Below, piece by piece: positions 1 to 8,652 of a stretch of 64,000 bases of DNA. Position numbers and translations under genes: made by a program. This DNA comes from a virus. The DNA is taken from the IMG/VR virus record IMGVR_UViG_3300012920_000022, positions 32,001 through 96,000 of that record; one strand, written 5' to 3'. Within the stretch, counting starts at the first letter, position 1, and each line of letters starts with the position of its first letter. Below the pieces are notes generated by a model. The model saw only the letters and a list, made by a program, of their open reading frames with translations, did not search any database and was not told the origin of the DNA.

Positions 1-258
1 GATATTATTTGAATTAAAGGAGGGATATAGATAAAAACTATTCATATATCGTTGTTCGTTTTTGGTCAATTTATTCATAACCATATAATCTTCATTTTCA
101 CAATTAATGTGGTCAATGTAGAAAGTTACATTAAATTTAATATGAGAATCATATGAAACACTTACTATATCATTTATATAACCAATATATCTAAGTGGTT
201 TAGGATCTACATATATTCCCAAAATAACTTTAATTTTTTCTACATGGGGCGATTTCAT
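1..258 (-). CDS. hypothetical protein, runs off the left window edge
   Basis: Hand translation from ATG at 258 (MKSPHVEKIKVILGIYVDPK...) is open to position 1; not in the ORF track. Confidence 0.55.
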   Translation of the reverse strand, partial: MKSPHVEKIKVILGIYVDPKPLRYIGYINDIVSVSYDSHIKFNVTFYIDHINCENEDYMVMNKLTKNEQRYMNSFYLYPSFNSNNI

Positions 259-297
259 AAATGTTCTATACAATATGGTGGGTATAGAATCAATTAT

Positions 298-329
298 GTT
301 ATCCTCGTTATGTATATAACGAGGATAAC
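298..329. terminator. 14-bp hairpin downstream of the purZ-like gene
   Basis: gttatcctcgttat-gtat-ataacgaggataac perfect inverted repeat; no strong U-tract. Confidence 0.5.
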
Positions 330-367
330 GATTTATATCAGCATTGGGTGGAGTAGATGTATATAAC

Positions 368-1615
368 TTAAAATTGTGTGACCCTACTATTTTCATCTAA
401 AAATGTTTTATTATTAAGCAATACCATATCATCGGTATCAGCACCAGTTCCTACATATGATAATATCACATTATCATATGGATTAATATCTCTCATAATC
501 TCATTTAGCCATTCTTTAGATTTGTTAGATAATTCCAAATAATCTGTAACACCTTCATCTTCCCCATTAACATAATTCATAAAGTTAATGGATATATGAA
601 TAGTATGATTAGTCATGTTATGTGCAATGGCACTATGCATATTATCAAATGAGAAATTAAATACTCTTCTCGGTAGCTTGGTTAAGGTTGTAGTTTCCAT
701 AACAGGTCTACCAACATTACTTGATATTTGATCCCAGGTAATTTCTTCCTGATCTTGATATCCTCCACCACTATCACTGTCTATCACTTCATACTCATAT
801 TCATTACTTTGTACCTGATCCCAAGTTAAATGATTACCAGTAACTTTGTCTATATATTTTTTAGAACATATTCTTATGGGATATGTTCTAAAGTTGATTA
901 TAACATCACCCAGATATGAAGGAGGTACCATCATATCATCAAAACCCCCAGCTATGGTGGAATTTCTGGAAGTAGTGTTGGGGTAAAAATCAGAGATTCC
1001 ATAACTCAACTGGAATCCTTGGGGAATTTCCATAACCCCAGATTCTCCTTGGTTCAATCTGCAAATTATATCATGTCCCACGTTACAAAGATATGGCTTT
1101 AACCAATCCACATCTCTTGCCAATAATAAATTAGACTTCCTCATGATTTTCCTGGCTCTTGCAGATCCAGAACCACTACATGTACTACCAGTTTTAATAG
1201 TACCATTGTGTTGTAATTCATTATTCAATAAATTACCTTCAAAATCATGGGTTCCTTTTTCATACCCTATATCTATATCTTGTATTATGGGTGCAAGATA
1301 GTCAATACCAACATCGATACCATTTTTTTCGGCTATTGATATCTCTTCTTTCAATGCTTGTAAATCTATCGCAGATCCATGACCAGCATATACTTTACTA
1401 ACAGAATTTGGTATTACTATAGCTGAGCTTAAATGTTTAAGCACAGTAGTTGTGCCACCAATTACTACTGTATGACTAGCATTGCTAGATCCATTACTAC
1501 AAGCAAAATCAAATTCATGATTTTTAAAAATATAAGAACCAATTTTAGCTTTACCAGATGATCCGGCTCCCCCATCTAATATGGCTAATATTTTACCTTT
1601 TTTTACTATACTCAT
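368..1615 (-). CDS. purZ: PurZ-like N6-succino-2-amino-deoxyadenylate synthetase (adenylosuccinate synthetase family)
   Basis: PurA-fold motifs GSSGKAK, NASHT, GSTCSGSG, QGFQLS, YPNTTSR, RTYPIR, TTLTKLPRRVFNFS, NFMNY. Ser replaces PurA catalytic Asp13, Leu at the Arg303-equivalent, N-F-x-N instead of the T-K-x-D GTP motif. Confidence 0.8.
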   Translation of the reverse strand: MSIVKKGKILAILDGGAGSSGKAKIGSYIFKNHEFDFACSNGSSNASHTVVIGGTTTVLKHLSSAIVIPNSVSKVYAGHGSAIDLQALKEEISIAEKNGIDVGIDYLAPIIQDIDIGYEKGTHDFEGNLLNNELQHNGTIKTGSTCSGSGSARARKIMRKSNLLLARDVDWLKPYLCNVGHDIICRLNQGESGVMEIPQGFQLSYGISDFYPNTTSRNSTIAGGFDDMMVPPSYLGDVIINFRTYPIRICSKKYIDKVTGNHLTWDQVQSNEYEYEVIDSDSGGGYQDQEEITWDQISSNVGRPVMETTTLTKLPRRVFNFSFDNMHSAIAHNMTNHTIHISINFMNYVNGEDEGVTDYLELSNKSKEWLNEIMRDINPYDNVILSYVGTGADTDDMVLLNNKTFLDENSRVTQF

Positions 1616-1649
1616 ATATTACATCATTTTAATTGATATGCTAAATAAT

Positions 1650-1682
1650 AAAAAAGGCACCATACTAAATATGGTGCCTTTT
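1650..1682 (-). terminator. Rho-independent terminator
   Basis: aaaaggcaccata-ctaaa-tatggtgcctttt stem with a T-tract on the minus strand, just after the 1722..2234 gene. Confidence 0.75.
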
Positions 1683-1721
1683 GATTTATAACTTAAAAAC
1701 TATTAATATTAACTATCATGA

Positions 1722-2234
1722 TCAGTGACTAGGTATTGAACCAGTATCACGGAAATCATCGATGAGTTGAGTAAGTTGATCACTATCATATTCTTTAGAA
1801 TCACCATCCATGAATGCAATGTGCAATGTGCCACCATCATCCAAATGCCAATCATCTACAACGCCATCACTGCTATCACTAATTGATTTAACAAAATCCC
1901 CAATTAGTTCATTATATTCATTATGCTCATCAATATAATCTGAGAAACGCGGTATTAATTCTGGTTTATTTTCATTCATATTGAAAAACACTCTGAAATC
2001 ATTGAATCCACCAGCTAATGCAACTTTATCAAGTATTTTTAAAAATTTATCATCAGCTTCACCCACATAATCATCAGTATCGTATATATCATAATCTGGG
2101 TAATCTGCCATATGCTGATTAACTAAATCATTAAACATATGGCTCATTGTATCGCTAATATTATCAGATTTAAATTTACCATCTGGAAGATTAATATTGA
2201 ATATATTAGCGATATCTGATTTGGATATTTTCAT
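1722..2234 (-). CDS. acidic hypothetical protein
   Basis: 170-aa ORF, very Asp-rich, followed by a terminator. Confidence 0.75.
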   Translation of the reverse strand: MKISKSDIANIFNINLPDGKFKSDNISDTMSHMFNDLVNQHMADYPDYDIYDTDDYVGEADDKFLKILDKVALAGGFNDFRVFFNMNENKPELIPRFSDYIDEHNEYNELIGDFVKSISDSSDGVVDDWHLDDGGTLHIAFMDGDSKEYDSDQLTQLIDDFRDTGSIPSH

Positions 2235-2295
2235 GAGTTCTTAATATTTTTGATAAAAATAATAACCATATAACATACACTTGGTTATATGAAAT

Positions 2296-2631
2296 TTATT
2301 GATTCAATAGTCTATCATCGCTTTCTCTGTTCCCAACTACCGCAGTAGATGCATCATCCCCACACAATACTCCAAGTATGCTGTGATATTTGATAATCAA
2401 ATACTCAGTATTGTTAACATTAGCATAAGTACCACCCATTTGACTAATAAGTACTCTATCACCCACGGACAATTCACAATTCTCAATATTAGGATCTATA
2501 GCCGCAACTACACCACTGTTTTGTCTGTTATGTTTTCTAGTGTCTATTTCAAAAACTATACCAGATTTAGTTTCAGTAACTACTCTATCCTCAATTATAA
2601 ATACATTATTCTTAATGGGTTCCATACACAC
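2296..2631 (-). CDS. groES: co-chaperonin GroES/Cpn10
   Basis: EPIKNNVFI, TKSGIV mobile loop, GVVAAI, VGDRVL...GGT, EYLIIKYHSILGV. Confidence 0.88.
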   Translation of the reverse strand: MCMEPIKNNVFIIEDRVVTETKSGIVFEIDTRKHNRQNSGVVAAIDPNIENCELSVGDRVLISQMGGTYANVNNTEYLIIKYHSILGVLCGDDASTAVVGNRESDDRLLNQ

Positions 2632-2830
2632 TATTACATTTATTAAATATTGTTGTTACATCATTTTTAGATACATTATTCAATATAATGGAATCACTAC
2701 CATTTAACACTGATAATTTTGTACCATCGGGTGATAACATGTATTTTTTATTCAATATGGTTATAACATAAGATTCATTATGTAATGATACATTGTTTTT
2801 AGTTATACCATTGAGTATTTTAGATACCAT
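2612..2830 (-). CDS. hypothetical protein
   Basis: 72-aa ORF tightly packed in the minus-strand operon. Confidence 0.6.
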   Translation of the reverse strand: MVSKILNGITKNNVSLHNESYVITILNKKYMLSPDGTKLSVLNGSDSIILNNVSKNDVTTIFNKCNSVYGTH

Positions 2831-2831
2831 A

Positions 2832-3788
2832 TTATTCAGATAATAATAATTGTATATTTATATTTATATCGCTGCTATTAAAAATCTCCAAAAATAGAAA
2901 TTTTTTACATTTATTAAAAGACTGTATAGTTAATGAATCACATATTTGATATTTAAGTGCAGATATAGTTGAATAATCCGCAATAAGATTGAATGATGGA
3001 TAGCCCTCGCTCAATGTGGAAGTGGTGTTAAATTCACCATATAATGTACCATTATGTTCACCACTAATATTGACTACTGCATTGGAATATTCCAAAGAAC
3101 TATTTTCTACATTCAACTCATCTATATCAAAAACCAGATTTAACTGAACATTTGCCTCATGGCAACCAACACACATGTATATAAGTTTGCTGATATCACA
3201 TTTTCCACCAACTATATCACAACTAATCTTACCAGATGATTCAAAATTTGGTAAAACCCAGTGGTCATTATACCCAAAATCAGTGAAAGTCTTCCAGGTA
3301 TAATGGGACATATGGTTCCACGAAGATCTATATTCACCATCTATAAGTTGAGTTTCTATATTATCCCAAGTAACATCTTGTAATAATTTATTATTTCTAT
3401 TCAAACTCAGAGTATAATTAAAAAATACATTATTACAAGATATTTTTTCTATTGATATATTTAACTCAAACTCATATCTAATTGCATAATATCTAATAAA
3501 ATTATCATCAATTAGATTATATTCAAAACTGGTTTCAGATAACATCGCTATAAATGCTATATTGTCGGTGGATAAATCCAGAGTATATAAACTATCAGGT
3601 TTAACAATTATTTTTTTATAATCTATTACTTCTGAATTTCTAAAATATCTTGATAAATCTATATATGGAGATTTATCATATACCAATTGGTTATCAGAGA
3701 AATATAGTTGTTTTCTCTGACTATCCAGACTACAATTAAAATCTATACCGTTACTGTTAACATTTGTGTTATCTGATTTAATCATCAT
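2832..3788 (-). CDS. putative virion structural protein with a Trp/acidic repeat
   Basis: 318 aa; ATAAATAA box upstream (3808-3815, minus); TWDN..SSWNH..TWKT spaced-Trp motif shared with 36729 and 44676. Confidence 0.55.
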   Translation of the reverse strand: MMIKSDNTNVNSNGIDFNCSLDSQRKQLYFSDNQLVYDKSPYIDLSRYFRNSEVIDYKKIIVKPDSLYTLDLSTDNIAFIAMLSETSFEYNLIDDNFIRYYAIRYEFELNISIEKISCNNVFFNYTLSLNRNNKLLQDVTWDNIETQLIDGEYRSSWNHMSHYTWKTFTDFGYNDHWVLPNFESSGKISCDIVGGKCDISKLIYMCVGCHEANVQLNLVFDIDELNVENSSLEYSNAVVNISGEHNGTLYGEFNTTSTLSEGYPSFNLIADYSTISALKYQICDSLTIQSFNKCKKFLFLEIFNSSDININIQLLLSE

Positions 3789-3807
3789 TGATTAGGTGTG
3801 ATATACG

Positions 3808-3930
3808 TTATTTATTCTGATGTCTTTTAGAGAGAATTAATATGGCTTTAAATCCCGCAAATAAGAACATGGCAGTAAAAGGTATACCAAATATCACCAT
3901 AATATCATATATTAGCTTTGGATCTATCAT
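3808..3930 (-). CDS. small single-pass membrane protein (40 aa)
   Basis: Hand translation MIDPKLIYDIMVIFGIPFTAMFLFAGFKAILILSKRHQNK; start overlaps the stop of the upstream gene (TGATG). Confidence 0.55.
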   Translation of the reverse strand: MIDPKLIYDIMVIFGIPFTAMFLFAGFKAILILSKRHQNK

Positions 3931-4466
3931 CATTGATTGGGTGTGATACCATATGAATTATTTATCTCTCCCATATTCACACTATTTTCATCACTAAGAT
4001 ATTTCTGCAATGATTTTGATATTAATAGTGATATCAAAGGTATCGGTAATCCCATTATTATGGATAATAGGAACACATGACCATTACTGCTCAATGGATC
4101 AGCTATGGGACTAATTATGGTATCTATTATCTGGCTAAAATGGGATATATATTTACTGTTATCATCAATTTTATACTTAGTATATGAATATATGAAATAT
4201 ATGTTACCGAATATTTGGGTAAACAAAACTATATAAAATATAGACCAGACATAGGTTCTCTGAAGTCTACCCATAATTGATATGGCAAGTATAACAAATA
4301 TATTAATAATCTCATAGGTTATAGACATTAATATGGCAACCCAAAGATAATTACCCAAAGATAAAAATTTTATCATATGGATAAATGATATTACAGATGA
4401 TAATATGGGTATAGATAGATAAACCCATATTATCATCTGTCTAGTATTCTGTTTTTTGATGTTCAT
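3930..4466 (-). CDS. multi-pass (about 4 TM) membrane protein
   Basis: Four long hydrophobic segments. Confidence 0.75.
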   Translation of the reverse strand: MNIKKQNTRQMIIWVYLSIPILSSVISFIHMIKFLSLGNYLWVAILMSITYEIINIFVILAISIMGRLQRTYVWSIFYIVLFTQIFGNIYFIYSYTKYKIDDNSKYISHFSQIIDTIISPIADPLSSNGHVFLLSIIMGLPIPLISLLISKSLQKYLSDENSVNMGEINNSYGITPNQ

Positions 4467-4795
4467 ATCACCAATTTTGGTAATTTTAAAGATTTATTGG
4501 ATAAATCTGTGAGTGAAAACATTGGATATCCTTTAAAATCAATAAACTGTATTGGATATCTCATCAGATAAATGAACCAATGTTTACCGATTTGTTCAGT
4601 GTAAAATTCACTTATTAAATTATCACCAATAATATTATTGATTTTATCTAGATTATCGATATGACCTTGTTCATCATATCCATCACCGTCAACAAAAATC
4701 TCTATTGAATATAGACCTGCTTTTCTGTGGATGGTGATATCTGTATCATGATCCAGGAACAAATTTTTAATATCAATTAGATTTATGTCATTCAT
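4463..4795 (-). CDS. hypothetical protein
   Basis: 110-aa ORF, ATGA overlap with the next gene. Confidence 0.7.
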   Translation of the reverse strand: MNDINLIDIKNLFLDHDTDITIHRKAGLYSIEIFVDGDGYDEQGHIDNLDKINNIIGDNLISEFYTEQIGKHWFIYLMRYPIQFIDFKGYPMFSLTDLSNKSLKLPKLVI

Positions 4796-4804
4796 ATGTC
4801 ATAA

Positions 4805-5221
4805 TTAAAATATGGATTTAATAATAAAATAAATTGATGCTATAATTGTTGCATCAATAATAATAAATATGAGCAATTTTATTTTATTGATAGGGAATAT
4901 TGGGACATATTTTATCAATATTTTATGATCACCTTGATCATTATTATCATCCACGTATACATAATCATTCAATCTCACTAAACCTATCAATGATGCACGA
5001 ATAATATATTCGTGCATCATTGATAGGTAATTATTAAGTATATCCACATGCTTATCAACTGGTTTGTCATGGTTTATGGTATAAACAGAATAAATCATAC
5101 CAAATATATCGAAATTCCACCCATAGAATGAACCATAATCATGATCTTCAGCGCATATTATAAGTGAATTCCTAGCATGCCAATATAGCATAAAAGATTT
5201 TATAAAATAAAATATAGTCAT
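4805..5221 (-). CDS. hypothetical protein with C-terminal TM anchor
   Basis: 138 aa, hydrophobic C-terminus; overlaps the nrdJ stop. Confidence 0.7.
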   Translation of the reverse strand: MTIFYFIKSFMLYWHARNSLIICAEDHDYGSFYGWNFDIFGMIYSVYTINHDKPVDKHVDILNNYLSMMHEYIIRASLIGLVRLNDYVYVDDNNDQGDHKILIKYVPIFPINKIKLLIFIIIDATIIASIYFIIKSIF

Positions 5222-7230
5222 ATTATATCACAATAACCGCCAACACAGGCTAACTCATTTATTAATTCAGTATTATCACCATATTCCTTAATTAAGCTAA
5301 AATCAATATCAACCAACATAGATTTCAATCTATCATACTCAGTTTTGTCTATTTTGGCTAATGGGGCTTGATTATATGGCTCACGATTTAATGGTAGTAT
5401 GGTTATTCCAGAATAATAGTCTCGATTCTGCCATAACCAAGATTTAACAGAACCCCATTCACTATCAACATAAACAGTAGCTGATACATTATTAGTGTTT
5501 TTACCACTTCTATGACCAGCACACACCCATTCTGAATAAAAAAACTTTATTCTGTTCAAAGTATCTAGTGGTGATTCATGGGATATTCCATCAATGGTGT
5601 TGGGTGATACCATTGGATAATAGAAAATTGCAGTAGCTGATGGATTTATCATACAATCTTCTATTAAATCCGGCATAGAATTTAATAGTACATCATATAT
5701 TGGTAAATGCTTTTTTATTCTAATGGCTCTCTTAATATATTTGGAGTATGGTTCGTGAATACCAGAACCAGTAAGACCAGCCATTAATGTGGTTGTACCT
5801 TCGGGTTTTATGCAGGTGGTTCTAGAAGCTCTATTTATACCCAATATATCAGATATTCTGTCATTTTCTTCATTAACTACTCTAGCAGCATCACCGACAT
5901 TAAGCGACATTACATTACCATTACATATGCCAGTCATAGACACTCCTATCAAATATTCACTCTCAGTTATATTTTTCCAGTTTTTCCTTATGTAGTGGAA
6001 GGAGGTAAATCCGGCTTGTAGAGTTCCAAAAAAACTAGCTACCTTGGCACGATCATTTAATTCTTTTTGGGTTAGATTATCACCAACATTAATGGTAGTT
6101 AAATTACAAAATTGACCACCATTATTAGAAGTTAGGGATATTTCTCCACATGGATTAGTACCAATAGATATATCATTAGTCCAAAATATTCCAGGTTCAC
6201 CATACCCAGAATCTTTCATCATATCAAAATAATTATCAAACTCATTTTTGGTAACTTCACCTCTTATAAACACACCACTATTATTTGATCTGCTTCGTTG
6301 GGGATGAACTAAATACCAATGTATTTTTTTAGTTTTTTTAATTTGATCAAATGACTCTTTGGTAATATTTAATGTCAGACAATCACTATATGGTCTACTA
6401 TGGTGATTGTCTGACATAATTAAACGACATGAAAATAAGCCATCTGATAATTTACCACATATTTCTATGGATTTTACGTCTAGCATATATTTAGACTTCA
6501 CCATATTTATGTCATCTCTATCGAACAATGAAATCATAGCAGCTTCCCTAACGCCACCAGAATATATGCATTCAGCAATAAAGCAACATATGTCATGAAC
6601 TTCCAAAGTTGTTAATTTTCTACCAACTGCATTGCGTAAAACACCATCAACATGGGTCAAGGTTTTTTCCAAAGGTTCATATCCAGGTGATATGCCACCG
6701 GATTTTGTTATTGGTGATCCTTTAGCCCTAATATCACTATAATCAAATATGGGATAACTATTACCAAACATATATGATTTTATTAGGTACTTAAGACCAT
6801 CAGACCATCCCTCAATGGAATCTTGAACTAAATATCTAATGCTACTATCTGGTTGTTTTATGATCGGAAGTTGATTTACATGGTATGATTGCACACTATA
6901 GCCAACACCAACACCACACAATAATAAAAACATAATCTCATTAAATGATTTATAACTATCAATAGCTATATATGAGCAATTATAGATTTTTATAGGGTTA
7001 ATCTCTATCGGTAATCCGGAAAATTGCAACCCTCTCATGGACGGAAAAACTTTATTTTCATATAGATATTTGCCATTTCTATCTATATCATCAGACAGCA
7101 TAGGATATTTCCGTTTCATCATATCTATATAAGATGAAACGACCTCTGTGTGTGTTTGTCTTCTTCCTTTATTGGCATCATATGATGCATACTTCATGTA
7201 ATTGATTAAATTGGGGAGTAATTCTGACAT
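5218..7230 (-). CDS. nrdJ: class II (B12-dependent) ribonucleotide reductase
   Basis: PSMRGLQF, YNCSY, LLCGVGVGYSV, GTNPCGEI, FCNLT, CIKPEGT, C-terminal LACVGGYCDI redox pair. Confidence 0.9.
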   Translation of the reverse strand: MSELLPNLINYMKYASYDANKGRRQTHTEVVSSYIDMMKRKYPMLSDDIDRNGKYLYENKVFPSMRGLQFSGLPIEINPIKIYNCSYIAIDSYKSFNEIMFLLLCGVGVGYSVQSYHVNQLPIIKQPDSSIRYLVQDSIEGWSDGLKYLIKSYMFGNSYPIFDYSDIRAKGSPITKSGGISPGYEPLEKTLTHVDGVLRNAVGRKLTTLEVHDICCFIAECIYSGGVREAAMISLFDRDDINMVKSKYMLDVKSIEICGKLSDGLFSCRLIMSDNHHSRPYSDCLTLNITKESFDQIKKTKKIHWYLVHPQRSRSNNSGVFIRGEVTKNEFDNYFDMMKDSGYGEPGIFWTNDISIGTNPCGEISLTSNNGGQFCNLTTINVGDNLTQKELNDRAKVASFFGTLQAGFTSFHYIRKNWKNITESEYLIGVSMTGICNGNVMSLNVGDAARVVNEENDRISDILGINRASRTTCIKPEGTTTLMAGLTGSGIHEPYSKYIKRAIRIKKHLPIYDVLLNSMPDLIEDCMINPSATAIFYYPMVSPNTIDGISHESPLDTLNRIKFFYSEWVCAGHRSGKNTNNVSATVYVDSEWGSVKSWLWQNRDYYSGITILPLNREPYNQAPLAKIDKTEYDRLKSMLVDIDFSLIKEYGDNTELINELACVGGYCDII

Positions 7231-7305
7231 ATACGGTAAATTTTATTTGCTCACAATCATTTTTCTTTATCTATCACACAGATAAAGAAATTTAATAATG
7301 AATAG

Positions 7306-7662
7306 CTAATCTTCTACAAATTTTGGTATATAGCCTTTATCACTCCAATGATCAATTAATTTCAAATATGGTAAAATGAATTCATTGTGATACAAATCCT
7401 CCAGAGGTTTTTCAGCTATCTTGGCTATTGAGTCTTTTACTTTATCCCAGTTATCAGCATGAGAAATATGTATATTCCACCCAACCAAATCAAACCAGCT
7501 TTGCCATCCACTACCCAGTGCTTCTTCAATAGGCAATGTATTAATATCAATAGGCATGGCATATTCCTTTTGTTTAATAGGCACATTCCAAAATTCTGCA
7601 GATTCTTTATCCAAATCGTTTAATGAAATTGGCTCATTGTTAAATAAAATTTGAAATCCCAT
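7306..7662 (-). CDS. hypothetical protein
   Basis: 118-aa ORF. Confidence 0.7.
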   Translation of the reverse strand: MGFQILFNNEPISLNDLDKESAEFWNVPIKQKEYAMPIDINTLPIEEALGSGWQSWFDLVGWNIHISHADNWDKVKDSIAKIAEKPLEDLYHNEFILPYLKLIDHWSDKGYIPKFVED

Positions 7663-7858
7663 TTTGTTATATCGTTTTGATGAATTAAAAACATAGATAT
7701 AGTGGATAATGAACAGTGGTTACAATATTATTAAGCAATTATTAAGCAATATTATAGTAACCCAATATTGTAACCAATACTATGTTTTGTGGAGGGAAAA
7801 GAAAAGCCGAATGATGTTTAAAGGGTGGGTGGTTTGGGAGTATGGAATACCATTACTG

Positions 7859-7866
7859 ATAAATAA
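7859..7866 (+). promoter_or_regulatory. T4-like late promoter box (ATAAATAA)
   Basis: About 20 nt upstream of the baseplate gene. The same or similar box precedes 3788(-), 11731, 13983(-), 14044, 31226(-), 36729, 44676 and 54494(-); a GATATATAA variant precedes 18131 and 61109(-). Confidence 0.55.
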
Positions 7867-7886
7867 TCAAAATACTATAAGATCAT

Positions 7887-8651
7887 ATGATTGTACCTGT
7901 TGATAGATCATTCAAAAATACTAATAAAGACTATGTTGGTTTGGTCAAATCCATTGATGTTGATAATCAACAAGGTATATGTAAAATACTTGTTTATGGA
8001 ATTTTTAGTGATCAGATACCCATAGATAAGCTTCCAAATGCTTATCCTATTTATGACTTATCTTTTAATGATACTGGATCTGGTAGATTAATAGTACCAA
8101 AAATTGGGTCTAAAGTTAAGGTTAGATTTGATGGATCAATATATGAACCCAGATATTTTGGTGTAGAAGAACAAGATAATTCATCTACAATCAATAGTTC
8201 TTCATATGAAAATTCTAAATTGTTATTACAAGATGATTCTCAGAATCTATCCATATCATATAATGCTAACGATGGTATTTTTATTAAACACAATGATTCA
8301 TATTTTGTTATTAAACCAGATGGGTCAATAACATTAAATCATGTTAATAGTACCTCCACCATCCAATTAAAGGGTAACGATATAGATATTAACAGCAATG
8401 CCAATGTAGTGATTTCATCTACTAGTCAAGTTACTGTAAATTCAAATAATGTCCATGTTAATGGTTCTACCACTGATATTGGATCTAATCCCATATATAG
8501 TTCAGTTAATGGTGAGCCAATATTTGAACTATTAAATCTATTAGCTACAATAATTGACGCTAAATATCCTAGTAGTCCTGGAACTACCACATCAATCGTC
8601 GGTCAAATGAGAAATTTGATATTGAGTAATACAGTTAAAACATCTCCCTAA
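7887..8651 (+). CDS. baseplate hub/spike protein (gp5/VgrG OB-fold plus beta-repeat)
   Basis: YVGLVKSID..QGICKILVYG, VPKIGSKVKVRFDG..YEPRY OB-fold followed by beta-strand repeats. Confidence 0.75.
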   Translation: MIVPVDRSFKNTNKDYVGLVKSIDVDNQQGICKILVYGIFSDQIPIDKLPNAYPIYDLSFNDTGSGRLIVPKIGSKVKVRFDGSIYEPRYFGVEEQDNSSTINSSSYENSKLLLQDDSQNLSISYNANDGIFIKHNDSYFVIKPDGSITLNHVNSTSTIQLKGNDIDINSNANVVISSTSQVTVNSNNVHVNGSTTDIGSNPIYSSVNGEPIFELLNLLATIIDAKYPSSPGTTTSIVGQMRNLILSNTVKTSP

Positions 8652-8652
8652 T

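Noticed and set aside
368-1615. Ordinary purA auxiliary metabolic gene
   Set aside because: Lacks the Asp13, Arg303 and TKxD equivalents expected of PurA; PurZ fits better, pending assay
6325-6486. Intein in NrdJ
   Set aside because: Too short, with no C/S...HN-C/S/T splice junctions
7709-7903. 64-aa plus-strand ORF
   Set aside because: Lies in a divergent promoter region, overlaps the late box and has atypical composition
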